Assembly: GCA_934246625.1 (NCBI GenBank)
Contig: CAKQHZ010000001.1
Coordinates: forward strand, 30,001-62,000
Reading direction: 5' to 3'
Source: an uncultured Alphaproteobacteria bacterium
GTDB taxonomy: Bacteria > Pseudomonadota > Alphaproteobacteria > Rs-D84 > CACZYB01
Length of the DNA: 32,000 nucleotides
The notes under the pieces: generated by a model
Databases searched by the model: none
Seen by the model: only the letters and a program-made list of their open reading frames with translations
Told to the model about the DNA's origin: nothing
Translations under genes and position numbers: made by a program
Shown: positions 1 to 9,614 of the stretch, piece after piece
How positions within the stretch are numbered: the stretch's first letter is position 1
How the letters are laid out: each line of letters starts with the position of its first letter

Positions 1-403
1 ATTGGATTTCCACTGAACGTTCAGGTGTAAGCATATGTTTTTGACCACCATCTATATGTGATTGAAATTCAACTCCGTCTTCTGTGATTTTACGAAGCCC
101 TTCTAAACTCATAACCTGAAAACCACCAGAATCAGTTAAAATTGGCTTATCCCAATTCATAAATTTATGAAGTCCACCCATTTTATGAACTAACTCTGCA
201 GTTGGGCGAAGCATTAAATGGTATGTATTACCAAGCAAAATCTCCGCACCTGTGGCTGAAACATCTTCGGGACGAAGAGCCTTTACCGTTCCGCAAGTTC
301 CAACTGGCATAAAGCAAGGTGTATGAATATCACCATGTTTTGTGTGTAAAATTCCAAGTCTTGATTTACCACAACTTCCTAAAACTTCATATTTTAAACT
401 CAT
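1..403 (-). CDS. tgt: queuine tRNA-ribosyltransferase (tRNA-guanine transglycosylase), N-terminal part; gene runs off the window start
   Basis: Own reverse-complement translation from ATG 403..401 gives [43 protein letters not shown]...[12 protein letters not shown]...[13 protein letters not shown]...[22 protein letters not shown], which are classic Tgt N-terminal motifs. AGGAGA SD sits about 7 nt upstream. Confidence 0.85.
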   Translation of the reverse strand, partial: MSLKYEVLGSCGKSRLGILHTKHGDIHTPCFMPVGTCGTVKALRPEDVSATGAEILLGNTYHLMLRPTAELVHKMGGLHKFMNWDKPILTDSGGFQVMSLEGLRKITEDGVEFQSHIDGGQKHMLTPERSVEIQ

Positions 404-529
404 AATATTCTCCTGTTTTTATTTATAAAAAAACTATCATTATTAAGAAAAAATGCAACATTTATTTTATTGTAATTTCAAGTTTTCCCTATATAATCAA
501 ATCTGTTAAATAAAAAAGGGGAAAGTATT

Positions 530-3331
530 ATGAATAAAAAGTATATTTTGGTTGATGGGTCTGGTTATATATTTCGTGCATTTTATGCTCTTCCCCCTAT
601 TTCACGAAGTGATAATTTGCCTGTGGGGGCTGTATATGGCTTTTGCAATATGCTTTTAAAACTCCTTATTGAAAGAGATGGCAAAGATGAAATAGTCGTT
701 GTAATTTTTGATGCCGCACGAAAAAATTTTCGAAATGAAATATATCCAGAATATAAAACAAATCGTCAAGAAATTCCTGCTGAACTTGTCCCTCAATTCG
801 CATATATAAGAAAGGCTGTTGAAGCATTTAATCTTCCATCTATTGAACAACTTGGATTTGAAGCAGATGATTTAATTGCAACCTATGCAGAACTTGCAAA
901 ACAAAATGGTGATAATGTAGTTATTTATTCTTCTGATAAAGATTTAATGCAACTCCTTGACACGAATGTTGCTATCTTTGACCCACTAAAACAAAAGGTT
1001 GTGGATAAAGATGTTGTGTTTAACAAATTTGGTGTAGAGCCAAGTAAGGTTGTTGATGTTCAAGCACTTATCGGAGATTCAACCGATAATATCCCTGGAG
1101 TAAAAGGTATTGGACCAAAGACCGCATCTGAGCTTATCAACAAATATGGCAACCTTGAAAACCTTTTATTAAATGCAAGAAATATAAAACAAGACAAGCG
1201 TCGTGAAACGATTGAAGCAAATGCCGAACTTTCAAAAATTTCAAAACAACTTGCAACACTTAAAAAAGATGTGCCTCTTTCTACTCCGATTGAGGAATTG
1301 AAAAAAACTCCTGTTGATGCAGAAAAACTTTTGAATTTCATAAATGAAATGGAGTTTAAATCCCTTATAAACAAAACAAATAAATTTATTGAGGAAGTTT
1401 CAAAAACTCCCGCTCAAAATAATACAAATAATAATATTGAACCTGTTATTATAAATAAACCAAAAATTAAACAAATTGAAAAACATTATGAATTGGTAAG
1501 AGATATTCCAACCCTTCAAAAATGGATTAAAAAATGTGAAGATAAAAAAATCTTTGCAGTAGATACAGAAACGACTGGACTTGACAGCCTTAGTGCCTCT
1601 ATTGTAGGAATGTCAATTGCAACTGATGAAGGTGATGCTTGCTATATACCAATACATCATATAAAAAAGGTTTTTGATGGTGCGGATTTATTTAATGATG
1701 GAAAGGATACTTTGGTTGAAAATCAAATCCCAATAGATGACATTGTGAAAAATATTAAGCCTCTTCTTGAAAACAAAAACATTATAAAAATCGGACACAA
1801 TATAAAATATGATATGCATATATTTAAGCAACTTGGCATAAATGTATATCCTGTGGAAGATACTATGGTAATGAGTTATGATTTGGATAATACCCGCAAT
1901 CTTCACAATATGGACGATTTGGCATTAAACCACCTTAACTATACAACAATACATTTTTCTGATGTATGTGGAAGTGGTAAAGCTCAAATTACATTTGCAG
2001 AAGCTCCTCTTGAAAAGGCTCTTGATTATGCTGCCGAAGATGCGGACATTACTTTACGACTTTATAATGTTTTAAAATCACGACTTGATAGTGATGAAGA
2101 GTTAAAAAAAGTTTATTATGATATTGACCTTCCACTTGTAAATATACTTTTTTCTATGGAAGAATGGGGTATCAAAATTAACAGCACACACCTTTCTGAA
2201 CTTAGCCTTGAATTTGAAAAAATTCTTTCATCTTTGGAGGGTGAAATTTTTTCAATCACAGGACAAACTTTCAACATTATGTCGCCAAAACAACTTGGGG
2301 AAATGTTGTTTGATACTATGGGACTTCCCTATCCTGCAAAGAAAAAATCAAATGATAATTACTCAACCGATATTGATGTATTAAAACAACTTAGCTATCA
2401 AGGTTTTGAAATCGCAGACAAGGTTTTAAAATATCGTGAAATTGCAAAACTTAAAAGCACCTATACAGATGCTCTTCCAAAACAAATTTTAAGTCGTGAT
2501 GGACGTGTGCATACAAACTATTTTCAATGTGGCACATCAACAGGAAGACTTTCATCTAATGACCCAAATCTTCAAAACATACCTATCAGAACAGAACTTG
2601 GAAAGGATATAAGAAAGACTTTTATATCATCAAATGGATATAAAATTTTGGCAGCGGATTATTCTCAAATTGAACTTCGCATTATGGCAGATGTTGCAAA
2701 TGTGAAAAATTTGAAACAGGCTTTTATTGATAATGTTGATATTCATACAAGGACTGCTTCTCAAGTTTTTGGCATACCTGAATCTGAAATGACTTCGGAT
2801 ATAAGACGAAAGGCAAAGGCTATCAATTTTGGAATTATTTATGGAATTTCTCCTTTTGGACTTGCAAACCAACTGGATATTCCACAATCCGAAGCAAAAG
2901 AATATATTGATAATTACTTTAAAAATTTCCCTGAAATAAAAGAATATATGGAAAAAACCAAAGAATTTGCTCATCAATATGGATATATCAAAACTTTGTA
3001 TGGTAGAAAATGTTTTATCACAAATATCAATAATCCAAAGTTAAAATCCTATGCCGAACGTGCCGCAATTAACGCTCCTATTCAAGGAAGTGCCGCAGAT
3101 ATTATAAAAATGGCGATGATAAAAATTCAAAATGCCTTGGCACAAAATAACTTAATAAATGATATTCGTATGCTTCTTCAGGTGCACGATGAACTTGTAT
3201 TTGAGGTAAAGGAAGATAAAATCGATTATGCAACAAAATTTATAAAGGAAACGATGGAAAATATTGTTAAACTTTCTATACCATTAGAGGTGGAAGTTGG
3301 AATTGCAGATAATTGGAAAGATGCACACTAA
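530..3331 (+). CDS. polA: DNA polymerase I (5'-3' exonuclease, 3'-5' exonuclease and polymerase domains)
   Basis: 933-aa ORF. It has an N-terminal 5'-nuclease (LVDGSGYIFRAFYA, GIGPKTA), an exonuclease domain (FAVDTETTGLD) and Pol A motifs (DYSQIELR, RRKAKAINFGIIYG, QVHDELVFE). TAA stop. Confidence 0.97.
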   Translation: MNKKYILVDGSGYIFRAFYALPPISRSDNLPVGAVYGFCNMLLKLLIERDGKDEIVVVIFDAARKNFRNEIYPEYKTNRQEIPAELVPQFAYIRKAVEAFNLPSIEQLGFEADDLIATYAELAKQNGDNVVIYSSDKDLMQLLDTNVAIFDPLKQKVVDKDVVFNKFGVEPSKVVDVQALIGDSTDNIPGVKGIGPKTASELINKYGNLENLLLNARNIKQDKRRETIEANAELSKISKQLATLKKDVPLSTPIEELKKTPVDAEKLLNFINEMEFKSLINKTNKFIEEVSKTPAQNNTNNNIEPVIINKPKIKQIEKHYELVRDIPTLQKWIKKCEDKKIFAVDTETTGLDSLSASIVGMSIATDEGDACYIPIHHIKKVFDGADLFNDGKDTLVENQIPIDDIVKNIKPLLENKNIIKIGHNIKYDMHIFKQLGINVYPVEDTMVMSYDLDNTRNLHNMDDLALNHLNYTTIHFSDVCGSGKAQITFAEAPLEKALDYAAEDADITLRLYNVLKSRLDSDEELKKVYYDIDLPLVNILFSMEEWGIKINSTHLSELSLEFEKILSSLEGEIFSITGQTFNIMSPKQLGEMLFDTMGLPYPAKKKSNDNYSTDIDVLKQLSYQGFEIADKVLKYREIAKLKSTYTDALPKQILSRDGRVHTNYFQCGTSTGRLSSNDPNLQNIPIRTELGKDIRKTFISSNGYKILAADYSQIELRIMADVANVKNLKQAFIDNVDIHTRTASQVFGIPESEMTSDIRRKAKAINFGIIYGISPFGLANQLDIPQSEAKEYIDNYFKNFPEIKEYMEKTKEFAHQYGYIKTLYGRKCFITNINNPKLKSYAERAAINAPIQGSAADIIKMAMIKIQNALAQNNLINDIRMLLQVHDELVFEVKEDKIDYATKFIKETMENIVKLSIPLEVEVGIADNWKDAH

Positions 3332-3334
3332 AGT

Positions 3335-3499
3335 TTAATAAAACTTTTTATAAAGGTATTGAACATTATCTCTGAAAGTGGTGGCGTATTCAACAATACA
3401 GCTTGTAATATTATTTTCGCAACGTTCATATTCGCGAAAAGCAAATGCAGTTATGCTGATTAAACCAATAAATAAAACTAAATAGATAATTTTAAACAT
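3335..3499 (-). CDS. hypothetical small protein (54 aa) with hydrophobic N-terminus
   Basis: Below the ORF-track length cutoff. Own translation is MFKIIYLVLFIGLISITAFAFREYERCENNITSCIVEYATTFRDNVQYLYKKFY*. A strong AAAGGAGAAAGTG-ATG SD context is present. No recognisable family. Confidence 0.35.
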   Translation of the reverse strand: MFKIIYLVLFIGLISITAFAFREYERCENNITSCIVEYATTFRDNVQYLYKKFY

Positions 3500-3607
3500 C
3501 ACTTTCTCCTTTTGCTATTTTCATATTATTTGCGTGGAAAGTCAACATTGTTTTGATGTAAAGGAAAAGTTTTTCCACCTATAAATAAAAGGAATTGTAA
3601 AAACTTC

Positions 3608-3636
3608 TTGATTTTTGGGAATTATATAATATAATT
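3608..3636 (+). promoter_or_regulatory. candidate sigma70-type promoter for tRNA-Arg
   Basis: TTGATT (3608-3613), 17-nt spacer, ATAATT (3631-3636), ending 13 nt before the mature tRNA 5' end. The AT-rich background makes chance matches easy. Confidence 0.3.
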
Positions 3637-3649
3637 ATATTCATCTTTT

Positions 3650-3726
3650 GCGCCATTAGCTCAATTGGATAGAGTATCTGACTACGGATCAGAAGGTTAG
3701 AGGTTCGACTCCTCTATGGCGCACCA
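3650..3726 (+). tRNA. tRNA-Arg (anticodon ACG), CCA encoded
   Basis: Hand-folded cloverleaf. Acceptor is GCGCCAT/ATGGCGC and D-stem is GCTC/GAGT. Anticodon stem TCTGA/TCAGA carries loop CTACGGA. T-arm is AGAGG-TTCGACT-CCTCT, with discriminator A plus CCA. Confidence 0.9.
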
Positions 3727-4381
3727 TTCTTTAAAATTTTCAATTTTTATCATAAGATCAAGTAGTTTGGTTATTGATAATACTAATTTTTTTGAATCCA
3801 ACAAAAAGTTCGGAATTAAAATTTGCAGAATTTGTTTTTTTAATGAAAAGTCAGAACTTTCAAAATATTTACCTATATTGTTTGTGAAATCTACAACTAC
3901 ATTAACTATTTGATTTCAAACTAATGGTTAGATGTCCACGAATAAAGTAGAGCTCAATTTTATCTTCAAGCCTTATTCATAAAGCAAAATATATTCTTTA
4001 AATCGTCTTTGTATTCTATCAAGTTAGCTATTATAAGTATTTTACTTCTTTGTTGTTTTATAAAATCAATCATTTTATGAAACTTTTTCTTTCACCATGT
4101 AATGATGATTCAGTTATTTTATATTACTTATCTTCTAAAGCTCCTCTTTGAGCAGAAGCCAGTATACTTGCAAAATTTGATGCATCTTGTATTTTTTCTT
4201 CGAAATTACTATCTAATTTAGATAATTGTTCAACAACTTCTTTTTTCTATAAATCTATTCTTTCTTGCCAATTATCTTAAACAAAATCCTCAAAAAATTT
4301 ACTAAAAGCTGATGCAATAGGAACTTGACTTAAGATAGCTAATGCTGCATTTTTACCTAATTTTTTTATTTTACTATTCAT
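3727..4381 (-). pseudogene. decayed ORF remnant(s) between res and tRNA-Arg; original function unknown
   Basis: From ATG 4381 (16 nt after the res stop) one frame reads MNSKIKKLGKNAALAILSQVPIASAFSKFFEDFV*DNWQERIDL*KKEVVEQLSKLDSNFEEKIQDASNFASILASAQRGALEDK*, with in-frame TAA (4277-4279) and TAG (4247-4249). More stops and frame switches follow downstream. The last open stretch, ...KQILQILIPNFLLDSKKLVLSITKLLDLMIKIENFKEWCA, runs into the tRNA-Arg 3' end. Confidence 0.45.
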
Positions 4382-4396
4382 CAAATGATCTTCTAT

Positions 4397-7012
4397 TTAT
4401 TTTTTATTAACAATTTCATTAATTTGTTCAGTAACATTCATTCCGTCCTTATTTTTTTCAGCTATTAAAAATAAACCTTTTCCTTGGGATTTTGATTGCC
4501 ACAATTCTCCAATTTGTTTTTTTTCTCTAGTATCTTCATTATCTACTAAATGATGTCCTTTATATTCAACAACCAAAATTCGATCATCATTTAATACAAC
4601 AATAAAATCTGGATAGAATTTATCAGTTGATGTTGGCAACCAAAAAGAATTTGGATGTCTTGCGACATTTCTTATCCAATACTTTACATTAGGATTTACA
4701 TCAATTGCTTTTGCACACTGAAATTCTTCTCCATCAACTCCTCCATCAAAATTAGGGACATTATTTGCTCCTAAATAATGTTTAGAGAATTTATACTGAC
4801 CTCTATAACAAAGCACATCTCCATACATATTGTCATAAAACTCAAAACCATTATCAAAATTCAGTTTAACCCGTGCCTTAGGTGCAAATAACGATGTTTG
4901 GTATGACCTTTGACGAGCATTTAAATACGCTGTTTGAATTTTGGCTTTAAGTTTGTTTGCTAATGCATATTTAGCCAGCATTAACTCCGCTAATCTAAGT
5001 CCTCTATGCTCTATAAGGTAATTCACAACATCAGATAGCCATTTAACCATTGTAGCTTGTGAAAAATAGGAATCTCGAAGCTGTTTATCCAACCATCTCA
5101 CTAAATTTTCAGCAGTCCAATTATCAACACTCATGAATGCCATTTCGTATTGATCTTCACCAGTCGGAGAATATTTCAAACAATGATTATCAATATCAAT
5201 CATAAAACCATTACCTTGTTTAGTGATTGTAAATTCATTTTCATTAAGCTGAATAGGAGCATAATCATTTAAATTCCAATCAAAATATTCAAAAACAATT
5301 TCAGGATCGGCTAATTTCAATTCTCCTTGTAATTCTACCATTAACTTTGGAATTTTGAATCTTTCCCCATTTTTAGCTGGATATACTTCTTCCTGTTCTC
5401 TTTTATAATTTGCAAATTTATTATCTAGCTCAAATACTGCATTTTCATTATTTTTACCAAGAATTTGTTTTACTTTATCAATATCACTTTGCGTCGTTTG
5501 GTGAGTAAATGTAATGCTTTGGCATCCATCTTCTTCTCTTTGCAATTTTATTGTTGAAGGTAAATCTTGAGCTTTTATAAATGTATCAGACTTAAAAACT
5601 ACTTTATTGGATTGAGAACTACTTATAAATAAATCATTAGAGGATAGAGTTGGTTCTACAACACTTAATGCTTCATCATCAGAAAATCCTTTATCTGTAA
5701 GTTTCTTAACAATACAATCAGTTGCTTCACCAAATTTTGATGACAATACATAAGCATATGCTTTATTTAAAGCAGATAATTTACGACTTTTTGCATAAGG
5801 CATACGCATAACACGTCCGAGTAATTGTTCAACAGCTGTATCACTTTTAACATTAGCTAAAGAACATAAAACATAAGCAAAAGAGCAATCCCAACCTTCT
5901 TTTAAGGCTTGAACAGTTATAATATAACGAACTGGACAATTTTTATCAAAAATATTTATACCATCAAGTTCTTTTTGATCTCCAGTTACAATCGCTATCT
6001 CTCTTTCTGCAATTTGTTGAACATTAATTAAATGTTCTTTTAATTTTTCTACTGTTATATCACCTTTAATATCTTGAGCTTGAAATAATAATATTGGACG
6101 AACATACTCTTTTTCATGTTGAGCTGCTTTTTCTAATTCTGAACGTTTAGCAATAGCTTCTGTAACAGCAGCTTCCCAATTATTATGTTCTGTCAAAACA
6201 ATAGGAAGTTTTATCATTTCTTCTTCTTTAAGTTCAGAAGCATACACATTATAAAGAGTATTATTTTTTATTCTTGGAGTTGCTGTTAATTCAATAATAG
6301 CAGACGGATTTATACGACCTTGTGTTTCAGCACTCAAATTTGTAACTACATTATGAGCTTCATCAATAATCATTATAGGTCTTTGATTATATAATAAATT
6401 TGCAAATGAATATTTTATTTTACCACTTTCATCTTTTTCCATACCATCTTGTATAGTAATATGAGTAAAATGAGGTTCTAAATTTTCATTATGCTTATAA
6501 ACATTATATTTTTCTGTATCTTTTTTACTAAAGGATTGTATAGTTGAAACAACAATACATAGATTTTGTTCAATATCAGATGGACGAATATTAAATTTCT
6601 CATCTATATCAAAAATTTTAACATGACCACCAAACTGCTCATCTAAAACTTCTCTATATAGATGTCTTGGATTTTTCAAGGCTTCAGCTGTTTGTTTTTT
6701 AATAGTATCTGATGGTGTGAACCATAAAACAACAGGAAATTCTCTTTCAATCCACATTTCACTAACAATTTTAATCGTATGAGCAGCAATAATTGTTTTG
6801 CCTCCACCTGTTGGAACTTTTAAACAAACACGTGGTGTATTAGGAATTGAATTCCAAATAGTATATTCACTTTTCAATGTTCCTAAGCGATAACTTATCT
6901 CTGGCTCTGATATAATGTTTTCAAAAGCTTGTTTATGACCACATATTCTGGCTTGTTCAAAAAATTTCCGTAAAACATTAAGCGTATTATTTTGATAGTT
7001 TTTTAGTTGCAT
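4397..7012 (-). CDS. res: Type III restriction enzyme Res subunit (SF2 helicase/ATPase plus C-terminal PD-(D/E)xK nuclease)
   Basis: 871-aa ORF with Walker A (VPTGGGKT), DEAH box (MIIDEAHNV) and motif III (ELTATPR). A helicase C-domain is present. The C-terminal nuclease motif is YPDFIVV...VVEYKG. AGAGG SD sits 8 nt upstream of the ATG. Confidence 0.9.
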   Translation of the reverse strand: MQLKNYQNNTLNVLRKFFEQARICGHKQAFENIISEPEISYRLGTLKSEYTIWNSIPNTPRVCLKVPTGGGKTIIAAHTIKIVSEMWIEREFPVVLWFTPSDTIKKQTAEALKNPRHLYREVLDEQFGGHVKIFDIDEKFNIRPSDIEQNLCIVVSTIQSFSKKDTEKYNVYKHNENLEPHFTHITIQDGMEKDESGKIKYSFANLLYNQRPIMIIDEAHNVVTNLSAETQGRINPSAIIELTATPRIKNNTLYNVYASELKEEEMIKLPIVLTEHNNWEAAVTEAIAKRSELEKAAQHEKEYVRPILLFQAQDIKGDITVEKLKEHLINVQQIAEREIAIVTGDQKELDGINIFDKNCPVRYIITVQALKEGWDCSFAYVLCSLANVKSDTAVEQLLGRVMRMPYAKSRKLSALNKAYAYVLSSKFGEATDCIVKKLTDKGFSDDEALSVVEPTLSSNDLFISSSQSNKVVFKSDTFIKAQDLPSTIKLQREEDGCQSITFTHQTTQSDIDKVKQILGKNNENAVFELDNKFANYKREQEEVYPAKNGERFKIPKLMVELQGELKLADPEIVFEYFDWNLNDYAPIQLNENEFTITKQGNGFMIDIDNHCLKYSPTGEDQYEMAFMSVDNWTAENLVRWLDKQLRDSYFSQATMVKWLSDVVNYLIEHRGLRLAELMLAKYALANKLKAKIQTAYLNARQRSYQTSLFAPKARVKLNFDNGFEFYDNMYGDVLCYRGQYKFSKHYLGANNVPNFDGGVDGEEFQCAKAIDVNPNVKYWIRNVARHPNSFWLPTSTDKFYPDFIVVLNDDRILVVEYKGHHLVDNEDTREKKQIGELWQSKSQGKGLFLIAEKNKDGMNVTEQINEIVNKK

Positions 7013-7025
7013 ATTAGACCTCTAT

Positions 7026-7430
7026 TTATATTTGTTTTACCAAATCTCCAACTTTAGCACCGTCAAATGGCAATATCTCTGATTCCCCATATACCTCTTC
7101 TTTTGTTTCAATCCAGCTATTTCCAAGAGCAACCGTCCATAAATTTTTAGCAGGTTTCCTATAAATAACTTTTTTATCAGGTAGTACTGTCTTTGAAGAT
7201 TTTAGGGTTGACATTTTTTCCTGAACGTGTTCAACAATAGCTCTTCCTCTAACTATTTCTAATCTACCTAAACTTTCTTCTGTTTCTGGATCAATTATTT
7301 CTTCACCAATAGCATAAACCAAAAAAGAATCCCCTTTTTTAACATTATCTTCAAATCCTCTATTAATTACTATTGTCTTTGAATCAATAACTTTAACAAC
7401 TTTTGCTGGAAAATCTCTTTCTTCACTCAT
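7026..7430 (-). CDS. hypothetical soluble protein (134 aa) inside the R-M operon
   Basis: AGGAGA SD sits 6 nt upstream. Its ATG overlaps the stop of the upstream ORF (ATGAGTGA, 7423-7430). The TAA stop lies 13 nt before the res ATG. The sequence has a beta-strand-like alternating pattern (AKVVKVIDSKTIVINRGFEDNVKKGDSFLVYAIGEEIIDPETEESLGRLEIVRGRAIV). No family recognised. Confidence 0.75.
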   Translation of the reverse strand: MSEERDFPAKVVKVIDSKTIVINRGFEDNVKKGDSFLVYAIGEEIIDPETEESLGRLEIVRGRAIVEHVQEKMSTLKSSKTVLPDKKVIYRKPAKNLWTVALGNSWIETKEEVYGESEILPFDGAKVGDLVKQI

Positions 7431-7941
7431 TAACGTTCTCCTGTAAAGTATTCTGTTGAATATTTGTTTGTATTAATTCATATGGACAATTCGGTTTTAT
7501 CAATATATGACTTTTGTTTTTGTGCAAAAACTTCTCATCAAATCTTTCTTGAATTCCCAACACACGAACTTGTAAGCAATGATTATCTGATTTTACTGTT
7601 TCTACAAATCCATACCCTATTTGCCTTTCAAGCTCATCAATATAGAATAATGTAACTACACATTGTGTAGAAAATAAAGTAGATGCCTCAAATATCAATA
7701 CATTGTCTATAATAGTTTTTAATTTAGGAAAAGAAACTTCTCTGTTTTCAGCTGTCCAATATTCTATTAATTGAGGTATTGCAACAGCAACACATAGCCC
7801 CAACGGGATAACAAAACACATAAATGTTGTTATAGAAATAGTATCATCAGGAGAAAAGTTCCAAAATAAAACACTAGATATAAAAACACCTATCAGGGCT
7901 ATTGCATATTGTCCTATAAATTCTAAAATTTTCTTTCCCAT
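7423..7941 (-). CDS. hypothetical membrane protein (172 aa; two N-terminal TM helices plus a roughly 110-aa soluble domain) inside the R-M operon
   Basis: The ATG lies 3 nt after the mod TAG stop, with a GAGG SD inside the mod 3' end. Hydrophobic segments are YAIALIGVFISSVLFWNF and ITTFMCFVIPLGLCVAVAIPQLI. It ends in TGA, the only TGA stop I read in the window. No family recognised. Confidence 0.75.
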   Translation of the reverse strand: MGKKILEFIGQYAIALIGVFISSVLFWNFSPDDTISITTFMCFVIPLGLCVAVAIPQLIEYWTAENREVSFPKLKTIIDNVLIFEASTLFSTQCVVTLFYIDELERQIGYGFVETVKSDNHCLQVRVLGIQERFDEKFLHKNKSHILIKPNCPYELIQTNIQQNTLQENVNE

Positions 7942-7944
7942 AAT

Positions 7945-9594
7945 CTACCTCGCTTTAATATCATATGGAGTTTGTTTAAATTCAATATTTAAGCTTTTAA
8001 GTCTTGTTTCTGAAATTCTGGAACTTTCACCATAAACAATAAGTTTATCATAAGGTTTATTTCCCATATCTTCTAAAATAACATTTAAAGTTTTGTTAGT
8101 TAAAACATTACCTCCATCAACTTTTTTATCTTTTAATATTCCATTGTATAGTAATGCATAATCTTTACCATCGTAATTACCCAAATAAGTTGATTTTGAT
8201 TTAGGTTTATTAAATGGAGTTTTTGTTTCTGTAAACCATATATGAGAAGATAGATTTTCAAAACTAATCTTTTCATTGATACAACCTTCTGCATCAAATA
8301 CTTCATCACCTAATTTATAAAACCGAAACCCACCACCACCTTGCCAATTAACTGCTTTTGATATACCACCTTGTTCACCATCAACAACAGCTTTCAAACG
8401 AGGTACACAATGTGTGATAGCATGATTTCCCATTTCAATTCCAATATATCGTCTTCCCATTTTATGTGCTACAGCAGCTGTAGTTCCTGAGCCTAGAAAT
8501 GAATCAAGCACCAAATCTTTTTCATCTGTTGCTATTTCCAAAATTCTTTTAATCAGTCGTTCAGGTTTTTTACTATTCGGAAAATCAACACCTCCTTCTA
8601 ATCCTAAAGATAGATAAGAAATATCTGTCCATATATTAGTCATTACATCCGTTGGAACACTAAGGCCATCAATGTTCCTTATTTTTTTCTTAAAAAAAGC
8701 AAGTGTTCTGCCATTGTACACATATATAGAATCCGCATTTTCTCTATTTATTACAAAGAACTTATTCCTTTCAATTTTAGATTTTTCAATAATTTTTTGA
8801 ATTTCTTTTGAGGGCTTTTGCAGAGTATTAAGACTTACTATTCTCTCTGGATATTTAAGGGCTATTTTTTTCATTTTGTAAAAGCGAATAATTTTATAGT
8901 CATCACCATATAAATTTTTAAATTCTTTCCAATCATTAATGCCTTCGTTCTTGTATATAATATCACAAAGTTTAGAAAGTTTCCATTTATCAGGCGATTG
9001 TTCAAAATTTTCTATTATATAACCATAATCTTCTGAATAATCAGATTCCACATATTGCATATTTCTCTGATAATATGTCTTATTTTTTGCGTACATTAAA
9101 ATATATTCAGATATAGTAACTGGGCATAAATTTATCGCTCTAAAACTGGCAGTAGACGCAGCTTTAACTGTTATTTTTTGTAAAAAATTATTTCTACCGA
9201 AAATTTCATCTAACATTACTTGCATATATGAAATTTGTATCATATTTAAATGAACAAAAATAACACCATTTTCAGCAAGAAATTCATGTAGCAGTTCCAA
9301 ACGAGGAAACATTATTGATAACCATTTTGAATTTTCTATATTATCATCATAATATATATTTTGCATACTTTTAGTATTAAATGGCGGATCTATGTATATG
9401 CACTTTACCTGACCGGCATAAAATGGCAACAATGCCTTTAAAGCTTCCAGATTATCTCCTTGAACAATCATATTATCAGCACTTTTATCACCATAACCAA
9501 GCTCTGGCACTTCTTCTAATAACCGGTATGGTGTCTTAGCAGCAGTTTTCAGTGCTTCATCTCTTCCTAACCAATTCAAAATAGGCATTTTCAT
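7945..9594 (-). CDS. mod: Type III R-M DNA methyltransferase Mod subunit (beta-class amino-methyltransferase)
   Basis: 549-aa ORF. The N-terminus is LNWLGRDEAL...QGDNLEALKALL. Catalytic motif IV is IYIDPPFNT. The AdoMet motif I lies downstream (DSFLGSGTTAAVAHKMGRRYIGIE), so the order is IV-TRD-I as in Type III Mod proteins. Confidence 0.92.
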   Translation of the reverse strand: MKMPILNWLGRDEALKTAAKTPYRLLEEVPELGYGDKSADNMIVQGDNLEALKALLPFYAGQVKCIYIDPPFNTKSMQNIYYDDNIENSKWLSIMFPRLELLHEFLAENGVIFVHLNMIQISYMQVMLDEIFGRNNFLQKITVKAASTASFRAINLCPVTISEYILMYAKNKTYYQRNMQYVESDYSEDYGYIIENFEQSPDKWKLSKLCDIIYKNEGINDWKEFKNLYGDDYKIIRFYKMKKIALKYPERIVSLNTLQKPSKEIQKIIEKSKIERNKFFVINRENADSIYVYNGRTLAFFKKKIRNIDGLSVPTDVMTNIWTDISYLSLGLEGGVDFPNSKKPERLIKRILEIATDEKDLVLDSFLGSGTTAAVAHKMGRRYIGIEMGNHAITHCVPRLKAVVDGEQGGISKAVNWQGGGGFRFYKLGDEVFDAEGCINEKISFENLSSHIWFTETKTPFNKPKSKSTYLGNYDGKDYALLYNGILKDKKVDGGNVLTNKTLNVILEDMGNKPYDKLIVYGESSRISETRLKSLNIEFKQTPYDIKAR

Positions 9595-9614
9595 TTCCTT
9601 TGTTTATTTACTCA

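Noticed and set aside
656-2977. Antisense ORFs inside polA (656-850, 1060-1374, 1688-1906, 2630-2977). Equivalent shadow ORFs lie inside mod/res, cysS, valS, pyrG, the SIMPL gene and others (for example 7464-7655, 10064-10258, 11256-11516, 11801-12019, 13146-13343, 19033-19689, 19805-20059, 20682-20885, 21604-21816, 24699-25726, 26096-26425, 29367-29615).
   Set aside because: They lie fully within, and opposite to, long ORFs with unmistakable conserved motifs. They have low-complexity F/I/K/N-rich translations typical of AT-rich shadow frames, and they lack SDs.
3716-3913. 65-aa plus-strand ORF starting inside tRNA-Arg.
   Set aside because: Its start lies within the tRNA T-arm and acceptor stem, it has no SD, and the region is better explained as decayed minus-strand gene remnants.
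7945-9594. A search for simple-sequence repeats in mod, which in many Type III systems make mod phase-variable.
   Set aside because: Only short A/T runs (up to 7-8 nt) typical of the background were found. There is no G/C homopolymer or tetra/pentanucleotide repeat array.
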